Source: a virus (lineage: Duplodnaviria > Caudoviricetes). Taken from it: 60,270 nt of DNA. Positions 8,421-17,420 of this stretch are shown one piece after another; position 1 is the first letter of the stretch; each line of letters opens with the position of its first letter. Location: IMG/VR virus record IMGVR_UViG_3300021494_000019, positions 1 to 60,270 of that record. One strand, written 5' to 3'. Made by a program: the position numbers and the translations under genes. Under the pieces are notes generated by a model. The model saw only the letters and a list, made by a program, of their open reading frames with translations. It did no database searches and was not told where the DNA came from.

Positions 8421-8519
8421 TCCTGCCGCTGAGGTATCAAAAATAAAACATGCGAGAGTAAGGTCAATCTAACAAAAGACAATGCTGGGCTTCTCAGTAT
8501 TGTCGCCTTGGCGGCAGGA
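8421..8519 (+). other. Intergenic structured element
   Basis: 15-bp stem TCCTGCCGCTGAGGT/GCCTTGGCGGCAGGA enclosing an A-rich strand and hairpin GACAATGCTGGG/TCAGTATTGTC. Confidence 0.5.
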
Positions 8520-8542
8520 TTTTAGAAAGGAGAAAATAAGGC

Positions 8543-8836
8543 ATGTCGAATGATATTTATACGGAAGAAATACACATTAAGCGTTTAAAAAAGATGCTTA
8601 AATTAAACGACATAAGAGCTCACTGTCCAGCAGCTCCATATTTTGATAGCGGTAGAGATGCTAATACTTTATGGCAAGGCTCAACCATAGAAGAAGTCTG
8701 CGATATTTGTAGAAGTTTCATAAGTCTCGATTCCGCATCAGGTCTTTTATGCCCTTGCCTCGTATTAGGCGAAGAAAAGGCCAAAGAACTTACCCTATTA
8801 AGACTCAAGGAGATAGACAATGCTCAGAAGATTTGA
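8543..8836 (+). CDS. Cys-rich hypothetical protein
   Basis: HCP, CDIC, CPC motifs. Confidence 0.7.
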   Translation: MSNDIYTEEIHIKRLKKMLKLNDIRAHCPAAPYFDSGRDANTLWQGSTIEEVCDICRSFISLDSASGLLCPCLVLGEEKAKELTLLRLKEIDNAQKI

Positions 8837-9191
8837 AATAACATTAGAACTTCCCAAAGATATGACTCTCGAACAGATGAAATCATATCTAACTAACTGT
8901 CTCTGTAACGAAAACACAGTACCAAGTCGCCATTTTGACAAAACTAAGGTTGTTGTTAAGAGTATACCGTTGCCTAAATCTATGTTTCCCCAAAATCAAT
9001 GGATAAAGATTCTATCTTCTAAGAAGCCAGGAATGTATATCGACGTTCATAAAGCAAAAACTCTGGCATCAATACGCCGTGCCGCCAGAAAGTTGAATAT
9101 GCTAATAACAACAAAGCCTATGATTATTGACAACCAAAAACTAACCCGTGTATTTATTCTCATGGAGGCCGGAAGTTATCATGAAAAATAA
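8820..9191 (+). CDS. hypothetical protein
   Basis: AGGAG SD. Confidence 0.7.
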   Translation: MLRRFEITLELPKDMTLEQMKSYLTNCLCNENTVPSRHFDKTKVVVKSIPLPKSMFPQNQWIKILSSKKPGMYIDVHKAKTLASIRRAARKLNMLITTKPMIIDNQKLTRVFILMEAGSYHEK

Positions 9192-11265
9192 CTGGAAAAG
9201 TTTTGAACAGTATCTTATAGAGTCTCGATACTCTATAAAAGATTCTGAAAATCAACCCATTGAACATAGTTATCAAGATGTCATAAAACGTGTCGTGGAC
9301 TATTTGCAATGTGAACAAGTTCTATCGCAACTACCCGACAATCTAACCGACAGTGCGGTAATAGACAAAATATCCGAACTTCTCCTAAGCCGAAGAATAA
9401 TTCCCGCTACACCTGTTCTAATGCACTTTGGAGCCCCATCTCGCCGAAAAACCTACTTTAGTTGTTATCCGCTCGGCTACGTAGAAGACAGCATCGAAGA
9501 CATAATGTCCACTGCAAGACGAATGGCCATCATTTTTCGCTCAGGCGGAGGTGTTGGTATCGATCTTTCAAAACTTCGATCTAAAGGAAGTCTGGTATCT
9601 AACGGCCAAGGCATCGCTTCTGGCCCGACAGCCTTTTTGAATGTTTTTGATGGCGTAACTCAAGCCATTAGTCAAGGAGGACGTAGGCGAGGAGCGCTAA
9701 TGGTAACATTAGATGCCAGACATCCCGATTTAGAATCCTTCGTCAAGGCGAAACTGAACGGCGATTTTAAGAACATGAATATCTCCATAATCGTAAATTC
9801 GCTAAGTATGCTTAACAAAGATCAATGGAAAATGGTAGCGGAAGCGATTCATGCCTGTGGCGATCCAGGCGTTATGTTTCTTGATAACGTCTACCAAAAC
9901 ACACCGATTCCAGCGGAACTCGAACCCCGACATAGCAATCCTTGTGCAGAGTATTTAAACATCGCCAATACGGCTTGTAGCTTGATTCATCTAAACATTC
10001 CACTACTCAACAACAAAAAGGAAAATTATGTTTTGGAGAATATTCACGATGCTGCTTACCACGCATGTCTTTTCCAAAACATTTTGTCTTTCTTAGACGG
10101 CTACCCCGATAAGCAAGTTGAAATAACATCAAAACTCTACCGTCCGATTGGTGTTGGTATGACAGGCTTTCACGAATTTTTAATCGATCGCAAGATTCAA
10201 TATGATTCTCAACAAGCCATCGAATGGGCAGAAAAGATTCAAGCAACCATCGTCTGTGGTTCAATGTTGGCGAGTGCTCGAATGCAGAAAACTTTAAAGA
10301 CGACAGCAATTCCATGCAGAAGAGAATGGATGTTACATTTCCTCGATCAACTTGAAAACTGCGTAAAAGATTTAGCTAATTCGTGTGAATCTATACGCAC
10401 CGTATTAAACGATTACGGTAGCCTTTACAACATTACTACTACAACCCAGGCTCCGACTGGTTCGATATCGCAACTAATTCATCGTTTTTCTACGGGCATC
10501 GAACCAATCTTCGCTTTGAAGCAAAAACGTAAGTTTGTTTATCAAGATCAACTCAAAGAGGTTGTTTTGGAATATCCAACATCTTCAGACTTCATTCCTC
10601 ACACAGCTCATGAAATCTCTCCTGATTGGCATATTAAGATAACTTCAGCTATTCAGAAGTTCTGCCATACAGGAGTCAGTAAAACGATTAACTTGGCCGA
10701 AGATACCACAACTTCCGAGATTGTTGACCTAATCGAATATGCTCACGATAACAACTTAAAGGCCATTTCGTTCTATCGAGATAAATCTAAGGCAATCCAG
10801 ATATTAGAAAATGCAGAAAAACAACCTATCGAAACCCTTCCTTCTAAACGTCCCGCAGAAGTTTATGAAATATCGGGACCTCGAACCTGCTATGTGATAA
10901 TAACCTACGTTAATGGTCAGATTCGAGAAACCTTCATAAATACTGGCAAAGGAGGGTCTGCGTTAAATGCAGCAGGTGAGGCATTAGGACGAGTTCTATC
11001 TGTCGGCCTAAGAGCATATCCTTCTCTCCGAGAGGCATTTGCTAATGCTTTAAAAAACATCGATTCAGGAGATGTTTATGTTTTGGACAAACGCAGATAT
11101 AAATCACTATTCGATGCAATTGGTCACATTCTATCTAAATCGTCTGAAGATATTGACCAAATCATTATCGCCAACGGCGACCTTTGTCCAAGCTGCGGCA
11201 AAATGACTCTTAAGAGAGAAGGCGGATGTAAAACTTGTCAGTTATGCGGGTATTCGACATGTTAA
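9181..11265 (+). CDS. nrdJ: class II (B12-dependent) ribonucleotide reductase
   Basis: SCY, GGGVG, QGGRRRGA, NPCAE, TTQAPTGSIS; C-terminal TSCPD-like region with CPSCG...EGGC..C..CGYSTC; no beta subunit gene. Confidence 0.92.
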   Translation: MKNNWKSFEQYLIESRYSIKDSENQPIEHSYQDVIKRVVDYLQCEQVLSQLPDNLTDSAVIDKISELLLSRRIIPATPVLMHFGAPSRRKTYFSCYPLGYVEDSIEDIMSTARRMAIIFRSGGGVGIDLSKLRSKGSLVSNGQGIASGPTAFLNVFDGVTQAISQGGRRRGALMVTLDARHPDLESFVKAKLNGDFKNMNISIIVNSLSMLNKDQWKMVAEAIHACGDPGVMFLDNVYQNTPIPAELEPRHSNPCAEYLNIANTACSLIHLNIPLLNNKKENYVLENIHDAAYHACLFQNILSFLDGYPDKQVEITSKLYRPIGVGMTGFHEFLIDRKIQYDSQQAIEWAEKIQATIVCGSMLASARMQKTLKTTAIPCRREWMLHFLDQLENCVKDLANSCESIRTVLNDYGSLYNITTTTQAPTGSISQLIHRFSTGIEPIFALKQKRKFVYQDQLKEVVLEYPTSSDFIPHTAHEISPDWHIKITSAIQKFCHTGVSKTINLAEDTTTSEIVDLIEYAHDNNLKAISFYRDKSKAIQILENAEKQPIETLPSKRPAEVYEISGPRTCYVIITYVNGQIRETFINTGKGGSALNAAGEALGRVLSVGLRAYPSLREAFANALKNIDSGDVYVLDKRRYKSLFDAIGHILSKSSEDIDQIIIANGDLCPSCGKMTLKREGGCKTCQLCGYSTC

Positions 11266-11663
11266 ATAACATCGATAACTTATCCGACAATGAGGCTCGT
11301 GAAATTTTAGCCTTACTACGAGCAACTAAACGTCGCAAGAAGAAAACATCGCAAAAAGAAAACACCATGCCTACTAAGGTATGGGCGGCAACCAGTAAAC
11401 AACCAAAGGCAGTATTAACGCAGTCATTCACTGACATTGCTAAATTTTTTATAGGCGATATCGTACCGGATATTGAGAATCGGTCAACACCAAGCATCAA
11501 AGCCATTGTAGTCGAAATTTTGGAAATGTTGGCAGAAACATCACCCAGCCAAGCCAAGAATCTTCGACACAAGGCTGCAAAGTTTGTCTTAATAAATGAA
11601 CGTGAAAAGCTAATTGCAGCTATTTGTTCATTTGCGGCAAACTTATCTATGAATATTTTGTAA
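11259..11663 (+). CDS. hypothetical protein
   Basis: Operon context; start uncertain. Confidence 0.6.
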   Translation: MLNNIDNLSDNEAREILALLRATKRRKKKTSQKENTMPTKVWAATSKQPKAVLTQSFTDIAKFFIGDIVPDIENRSTPSIKAIVVEILEMLAETSPSQAKNLRHKAAKFVLINEREKLIAAICSFAANLSMNIL

Positions 11664-11683
11664 TTTCGGCGTGGCGAAATTAC
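11660..11683. promoter_or_regulatory. GTAATTTCG-N6-CGAAATTAC palindrome
   Basis: Perfect arms, spacer GCGTGG. Confidence 0.8.
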
Positions 11684-11778
11684 GGAGATGAAAGGAGGGT
11701 AGCATTAATTCCACGATTCATTTAAATCTCCTTTGGAGATAAATTAAAAAATGCTTCACAAAAATAGGAGGAAAAATT

Positions 11779-12054
11779 ATGAAGCAAGTTGAAAAAGAAG
11801 TTCGCCATAAAGGAAACGTCATCGGTAAAGTTCAGATTCCTGTTTACGAAACCATCGCCGAAGCTACTAAGGCTATGGGAGAAAAAGATGCTCTGGCCAA
11901 AATTAACAGGCAGACTGCTCAGGATATTATGAACGATTATCGTGCTTCTGCTACCAGAGAAGTTTCCGAACTTACTATTTTGAAACGGATGGCGAAGAGC
12001 GATCCCAAAGTTGCCGAGGAAATCGCTCGCCTCGTGAAAAAGTTCAAGAGCTAA
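11779..12054 (+). CDS. hypothetical protein, homolog of 58002-58376
   Basis: EA.K..GEKDA.A..N and DY.AS....VSE shared; AGGAGG SD. Confidence 0.8.
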   Translation: MKQVEKEVRHKGNVIGKVQIPVYETIAEATKAMGEKDALAKINRQTAQDIMNDYRASATREVSELTILKRMAKSDPKVAEEIARLVKKFKS

Positions 12055-12071
12055 TTAGTTCATCTTAACTT

Positions 12072-12104
12072 GGCGAGGAGTCTTTTCGGCTCCTCGCCCT
12101 TTTT
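12072..12104 (+). terminator. Rho-independent terminator
   Basis: GGCGAGGAGTC/GGCTCCTCGCC stem followed by T5. Confidence 0.65.
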
Positions 12105-12114
12105 AGGAGAATTT

Positions 12115-12345
12115 ATGGACTATCTAATAAGAAACCTTCCGGATGATTTACATCGCACCTGGAAAAGTTTGTCAGCTATGAAGGGCGTAACTATGCAAGA
12201 TTATGTTCTCATGGCTTTAATGACCAGAATAAAAGAAGACCTGGGAGGACAGAATGTTGAAGAAAGTCTCAGAGATGACAACAGAGGAACTAAAGGAACA
12301 TCTAAGAAAACTGCGAGAGAAAAGAAAAACGGGATACAGCCCTAA
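12115..12345 (+). CDS. ribbon-helix-helix (Arc/FitA-like) DNA-binding protein
   Basis: YLIRNLPDDLH..WK..SA.KG.TMQDYV pattern. Confidence 0.75.
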   Translation: MDYLIRNLPDDLHRTWKSLSAMKGVTMQDYVLMALMTRIKEDLGGQNVEESLRDDNRGTKGTSKKTAREKKNGIQP

Positions 12346-12430
12346 GCCGAGAAAGAGAAACGATGGAATGTTCGGTGATATTCCTCCAGAACTTGCCGCT
12401 AAAATTCTTGCAGAGTTGAAGAAGTCATAA
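12254..12430 (+). CDS. small basic protein (58 aa, not in ORF track)
   Basis: GGAGG SD; MLKKVSEMTTEELKEHLRKLRE...PELAAKILAELKKS. Confidence 0.65.
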   Translation: MLKKVSEMTTEELKEHLRKLREKRKTGYSPKPRKRNDGMFGDIPPELAAKILAELKKS

Positions 12431-12553
12431 TGAGCTTACTTTTCTGGGAAATATTGATCGTGTTAATTCTTATCGCTATTAATTGTATAGGAAATCCTAA
12501 TGACTAAAACGTGAGGAGATGGACGAACATCTCCTCACTTAATAAGGAGAATT

Positions 12554-13441
12554 ATGGCAGAATACTATTCCTACTCCAAAATTCGAGATTTTGCTTTTTG
12601 CCCAAGGCTGTATAAATGGCGATATGTCGAGGGCTATCGTCCCCTAAAAAAGGCTAAAGCTCTTGCATTAGGTAGCTGTATGGCCGCCGGAGTAGCAGCT
12701 TTTCGCAAAAATGGCAATACCGAACATTCCATTATTGATGAACAGAATCCTGAAAACACCAAACTATCGCCAATCGATGCCTTTCTCGAAACATGGAAAA
12801 GTCAAGGTCAAAGTTTGGAATTTAGTAAAGATGAAGACCCTCTCAGATCTGTCGAGCGTGGTCTGGAGATTTTAGAAGCCTATATGAATGAATATCCAGA
12901 AGAACCTGAATTAGTCGTAAAGCCTGAAATTTGGTTCGAAGAAGAAATTGCTCCAGATATCTTCTTCCGGGGCAGAGTTGATGGAATTATGAGAGACGAA
13001 AATGATGTTTTCCTTATCGAAGATAAAACAGTATCTTGGCTTGGCCCTCAATGGTTTCGAGCACAAAAAGACTCTTATCAAATACTTTGGTACATGTTCA
13101 TCTGCAAAAAGCTCGGTTTGTTTGAGCTTTTTCGAGAGAAGGAGAGGCCAAGATGTTTAGTTAATGCCATCTACATAAATCCTACTCGATTCCGTTTCGA
13201 GCGTGAGATGACCATGAAATCAAATAAGGTCATCGACGATTCTCTCAATAAGATGTTAGAATGGGTAGAAATGATAAGATTCGCCACTAACAACGATGTT
13301 TTCCCCAAAGCAGATGGAGATAAATGTCAGGCTTATGGAGGCTGTGAGTACCTTCCTCTGAAGAATGCTCATGGCGAAATGCTCCAGCGTTTGCTTATGG
13401 GAGGATTTACTAAAGAACATGAAAGAGAGGTGGTTATATGA
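12554..13441 (+). CDS. PD-(D/E)XK exonuclease (RecB/Cas4-like)
   Basis: SYS...CPR, GRVDG, IEDKT, Q..WY, C-terminal C....GC.Y. Confidence 0.85.
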   Translation: MAEYYSYSKIRDFAFCPRLYKWRYVEGYRPLKKAKALALGSCMAAGVAAFRKNGNTEHSIIDEQNPENTKLSPIDAFLETWKSQGQSLEFSKDEDPLRSVERGLEILEAYMNEYPEEPELVVKPEIWFEEEIAPDIFFRGRVDGIMRDENDVFLIEDKTVSWLGPQWFRAQKDSYQILWYMFICKKLGLFELFREKERPRCLVNAIYINPTRFRFEREMTMKSNKVIDDSLNKMLEWVEMIRFATNNDVFPKADGDKCQAYGGCEYLPLKNAHGEMLQRLLMGGFTKEHEREVVI

Positions 13442-14229
13442 ACATTCTCTTGATTGGAGCTCCTGGATCAGGTAAGACAACAACTGCCTGTACGGGACGC
13501 CATCCAACCTTACTCATTGATGTCGATAAAAAAGCAGATCAGATGTTAAATATCAAACCCCTAATCGAGAATGGCGATGTAACGATATTAACTCCAAAAT
13601 CGCCACTTGTCGCTGATAGGCTCGCCTATCGAGCAAAAAATCCCAATAAGGGGCCGCAGAAGGAGCCGCAAGGTTATTATGAGATTGTTGACATGTTAAA
13701 TGACATTCTCGATGGAGTCGAAGACTATAATCGCTATCGCACCATCGTCTTAGATTCCTTAACTCGAACTGTCGAGCACTTAAAGCGTCTTTTAATCTAC
13801 CATCGAGCCCACGGCAAGTTGGGGAAGAAGAAAGATGAAGTCGACGACATGAACTGGCCTTCTTGGGGATCATATCTTTCCAATCTCGAAGAACTCTTTA
13901 ACGCCTTGTTATACATCGACGACAAAGACTTCATCTGTACGGTACACTTGAAACACGACATCGAAAGAAACGAAATAACTCAGAGTTTCATCGATAAAGG
14001 CTATTGGCCCATGGTTGATGGCCAGATGCGTGAGAAACTCGGAGGTTATTTTAATGAAGTCTATTTTTGTCATGTCGAGCCGGCATCAACGGTCAAGAAG
14101 ACGCCGCAACAGTATCTACTGAGAACCCACAAGACGAAGTTATACTCTTGTGCTCGAACAAGCATGCCCTTAGACGAATTCGAGGAGGCCAATCTAACAA
14201 AAATCTTTAAAAAGGCAGGAATTTTATAA
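13438..14229 (+). CDS. AAA_24 / Sak4-like recombination ATPase
   Basis: GAPGSGKT, TIVLDSLT, WG motif; next to exonuclease and SSB. Confidence 0.85.
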   Translation: MNILLIGAPGSGKTTTACTGRHPTLLIDVDKKADQMLNIKPLIENGDVTILTPKSPLVADRLAYRAKNPNKGPQKEPQGYYEIVDMLNDILDGVEDYNRYRTIVLDSLTRTVEHLKRLLIYHRAHGKLGKKKDEVDDMNWPSWGSYLSNLEELFNALLYIDDKDFICTVHLKHDIERNEITQSFIDKGYWPMVDGQMREKLGGYFNEVYFCHVEPASTVKKTPQQYLLRTHKTKLYSCARTSMPLDEFEEANLTKIFKKAGIL

Positions 14230-14426
14230 TGGCAGATGTCAAAATCATAACAGGAAAGTTGCGAAATGGCGACCTAATCGAAGTTTCTTTAACGATCGAT
14301 GACTGCCTGTATGGACCTCTTTTGATGACTAAGGAGCATGCTCATCAATTCTATAACATCCTTCGATTAGGCACAAACATTTTAGATACTTTCCAGAAGC
14401 TACCCGACGAATGGAGAGTTAAATGA
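14229..14426 (+). CDS. hypothetical protein
   Basis: Coupled overlaps at both ends. Confidence 0.7.
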   Translation: MADVKIITGKLRNGDLIEVSLTIDDCLYGPLLMTKEHAHQFYNILRLGTNILDTFQKLPDEWRVK

Positions 14427-14995
14427 TCGATTTAATTTTTGACACTGAAACAACAGGACTTGTAAACTTCAAGGAAAGTTATGAACATCCAAGCCAACCA
14501 CATTTGGTTGAGTTAGGTATGCAACTTTACAACGATCGCCGATTATTGGCATCTCTTAGCGTCTTAATCCGCTCAACAAAGTCGATGTCAGATGCCGCAG
14601 TTAAGGTTAATGGTCTGACTAACGACCTGCTTAACAGCTACGGCATTCCTTTAAACATGGCGATGGGTTTATTCGCATTTTATATGACCAAGGCGGATAG
14701 ACTTGTCGCTCATAACTATCGTTTTGACCAGATGGTCATGTTAACTCAGTTTCATCTCTTACGCTCACCTGAGATGATTGAATATCTGAACAACAAACCT
14801 TATCTATGCACTATGGAAGCTGCAACGCCTATCCTTAAACTTCCCGGAAAATATGGAGAGTATAAATGGCCAACACTTGATGTTGCCTATCGCAGCTTAG
14901 TTGACCCACAAGGATTTTCCGGAGCCCATAGAGCGATAGTGGATGTCGAAGCATGCACCAAAGTTTTATGGGCAATAGAGGATAGGCAGAAATAA
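14423..14995 (+). CDS. DEDDh 3'-5' exonuclease (DnaQ-like)
   Basis: FDTETTG, VAHN..FD, AHRA..D. Confidence 0.9.
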   Translation: MIDLIFDTETTGLVNFKESYEHPSQPHLVELGMQLYNDRRLLASLSVLIRSTKSMSDAAVKVNGLTNDLLNSYGIPLNMAMGLFAFYMTKADRLVAHNYRFDQMVMLTQFHLLRSPEMIEYLNNKPYLCTMEAATPILKLPGKYGEYKWPTLDVAYRSLVDPQGFSGAHRAIVDVEACTKVLWAIEDRQK

Positions 14996-15096
14996 CTAAA
15001 GAAAGGAGGTAAAACAATTATCGGCCCAGAACCTGCCTCATTTAGAGGCCAACCATTAACCTATTTGGCTAAATTACTTTAGGAGGTAAAAACAAC

Positions 15097-15462
15097 ATGC
15101 CAAGAATTCAGGTAAATCTTGATGATGTCGAAAGTGCATTTGAAGTCTATCCCGATGGTGACTACTTTGTCGAGATAAAAAATTCCAAGATCAAACAAGG
15201 TGCAAATAGTCCATACATTATGTGGATTGCTGAGATTCTCGAAGGAGAGTTTGAAGGCAAAATGATCAGTTGGCAAACATCTTTGGCCGAAAACGCACTG
15301 TGGAATCTTAAGAATCTTCTCGAAACTATCGGTTTAGCTTGGGATGAAGACGGTTTCGATACCGAGGAAGCCCACGGAGGCAAGCTGATCGTTACTAACC
15401 AAGTTCGTGCTTATGAAGGCGTTGATCGAAACAACATCGTCGGCTATACTAAAGTAGGCTAA
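15097..15462 (+). CDS. DUF669-like single-stranded DNA-binding protein
   Basis: P.GDY.V.I, I.EGEFEG, ALW.LK..L; position in recombination module. Confidence 0.75.
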   Translation: MPRIQVNLDDVESAFEVYPDGDYFVEIKNSKIKQGANSPYIMWIAEILEGEFEGKMISWQTSLAENALWNLKNLLETIGLAWDEDGFDTEEAHGGKLIVTNQVRAYEGVDRNNIVGYTKVG

Positions 15463-15517
15463 GCATGTCTCGGAGAGGAAGCAGATTTGCTTCCTCTCCT
15501 ATCTTAGGAGAAAACTC

Positions 15518-15787
15518 ATGGAACTTACGTCCGGCCAGCAAGTAAAACTCGCAAGATTACGATTAGGTATGACGCTCGCTGAAGTCAGTAAAAAGTCCAC
15601 CTATTCGGCGTCATATCTATGTATGATTGAGCAAGATCAGCGTCCGGTTCCCAAGTACTTAACAAAGCTGTTAAAAGTCGATGAAGCTCTTTGTTGGTAT
15701 AATGAATTAGTTGAAGCCATTAAAGATCGCTTTAAAGACGGAGCTGAAGACGCTTTAAGATATTTAAATACCTTTTTGGGTTTATAA
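15518..15787 (+). CDS. XRE-family HTH regulator
   Basis: ARLRLGMTLAEVS...S.SYL..IE. Confidence 0.85.
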   Translation: MELTSGQQVKLARLRLGMTLAEVSKKSTYSASYLCMIEQDQRPVPKYLTKLLKVDEALCWYNELVEAIKDRFKDGAEDALRYLNTFLGL

Positions 15788-15807
15788 TTTCGTTGTGTCG
15801 AAATTAC
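15784..15807. promoter_or_regulatory. GTAATTTCG-N6-CGAAATTAC palindrome
   Basis: ATAATTTCG-TTGTGT-CGAAATTAC. Confidence 0.75.
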
Positions 15808-15825
15808 AAAGATAGGAGAACACCT

Positions 15826-16032
15826 ATGCCAAAACGTGTCACACCAGAGTTTTTGAGATCATGGGATCCAGATCTACTAATAACTGTCTATCGAATAAAT
15901 CCCATCCGCACAAACATTCTCGAAGCAATAGGTCACTTTCTTAAAGAAGAAGGTAAGTATGAAGTAGTCTATGGCCGCTATAAAGGTCAATTATGCATTT
16001 TTCTTAAACAACTAATCATAACAGCTCATTAG
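15826..16032 (+). CDS. hypothetical protein
   Basis: AGGAG SD before MPKR. Confidence 0.65.
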   Translation: MPKRVTPEFLRSWDPDLLITVYRINPIRTNILEAIGHFLKEEGKYEVVYGRYKGQLCIFLKQLIITAH

Positions 16033-16040
16033 GAGGCGAA

Positions 16041-17420
16041 ATGAAAATAGCAATTGATAAGATAAAGATTGGCGAACGTCGCAGAGAAGATTTAGGTGAC
16101 GATTTTGAAGATTTGAAAACAAGTATCAAACTTCGAGGTCAGATGAATCCAATCTTAATCTCCAAAGAAGATTATCAACTAATCGCAGGCTTTAGAAGGT
16201 ACTCATGTTGCAAAGAGCTCGGAATGAAAGAAGTCGAAGTTAGGTTCTATGAGAACCTTTCCGAGATCGATAAGAAAATCCTTGAGCTTGAAGAAAACAT
16301 CCACAAAACCCTAACCTGGAAAGAGCGTGCGATGTTAGTTCAAGACATCCATCGCCTCAAACAAGAGCAACATGGTGCCGCAAAACAAGGCCATGCCGGA
16401 AAAGGCTGGGGAATCGCTCAAACTGCCGAATTGCTCGGAATGCCAGTATCGACAGTCTCTGAAGATCTAAACTTGGCTGCATCAATCGAAGCGGTTCCAG
16501 AACTAACCGCTCTCAAAAGTCGTCGTCAGGCATTGAAAACTACAGATAAACTTTCCGAAATGGCAATTTTAGCCGAATTGGCGAAAAGGGAGGAGGCAGA
16601 GAAAAAGCTTGAATCGAATTTGTATGTCTTGTTGCATGGCGACGCTGTTAAACTGATTAAGGAAAAAATTGAGGACGAAGTTGTCGATTTGATTATTTTT
16701 GATCCGCCTTGGGGCATCGATGTCGATAAAATTGCATCTGCTCGTGGTCCTCGCAGTGAAAAGACGTCTTATCGAGATGATACCATCTTCACATCACGAA
16801 AACTTGTCGAAGATCTTCTCCCCGAACTTCATCGAATTTTGAAGCCGGATGGGCATATGTATATCTTTTACGATTTTTCGCAAAGAGATTATTATATCAA
16901 CATACTCAACAACTATTTGTATTATACCAGCCCTGAAACTATGATAAGTATGCTCTCACCTCAGCTCCAAAAAGCTATTGCTGATGAAATTGCTCAAAAG
17001 CAGGCAGAGCGTTCATGGAGTTTCCATGTCGAGGAGAAGCCTCTTATCTGGATTAAAGAAGGTGGAGGTTTTACTGATTTCGAGCATAAGTTTATGCCCC
17101 GCTACGAATCTTTTCTCTTTTGCAGCAAAGGCATTAAAAAACCTTTGAGTTCCGCATGTTCAGATGTTTTCGTTTATAACCGTCCTGTGACGACAGAACG
17201 CATCCACACCCAAGAAAAACCAAGAGAACTCATCGAGCGTTTAATTCAACTATCTACTAATCAAGGTGATTTGGTTGTCGATCCATGCGCAGGCAGTTTT
17301 GTAACGGCCGCCGCAGCAACTAAACTAAAACGCAAGTCGATTTCTATCGAACTCGATAAAGATTGCTATTTACGAGGAGTTGAGAGGATGAAAGGATTTT
17401 CCTCAAAGGAGGATAAATGA
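16041..17420 (+). CDS. ParB-like (ParBc + HTH) fused to N6A/N4C DNA methyltransferase
   Basis: N-term L..SI...GQMNPI, LIAGFRR, LEEN, HTH; C-term DPPW, H.QEKP..L, VVDPCAGS. Confidence 0.9.
   Translation: MKIAIDKIKIGERRREDLGDDFEDLKTSIKLRGQMNPILISKEDYQLIAGFRRYSCCKELGMKEVEVRFYENLSEIDKKILELEENIHKTLTWKERAMLVQDIHRLKQEQHGAAKQGHAGKGWGIAQTAELLGMPVSTVSEDLNLAASIEAVPELTALKSRRQALKTTDKLSEMAILAELAKREEAEKKLESNLYVLLHGDAVKLIKEKIEDEVVDLIIFDPPWGIDVDKIASARGPRSEKTSYRDDTIFTSRKLVEDLLPELHRILKPDGHMYIFYDFSQRDYYINILNNYLYYTSPETMISMLSPQLQKAIADEIAQKQAERSWSFHVEEKPLIWIKEGGGFTDFEHKFMPRYESFLFCSKGIKKPLSSACSDVFVYNRPVTTERIHTQEKPRELIERLIQLSTNQGDLVVDPCAGSFVTAAAATKLKRKSISIELDKDCYLRGVERMKGFSSKEDK

Noticed and set aside
12554-13441. 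Cas4 as evidence of a CRISPR system
   Set aside because: Sits in an ordinary exonuclease-Sak4-SSB recombination module
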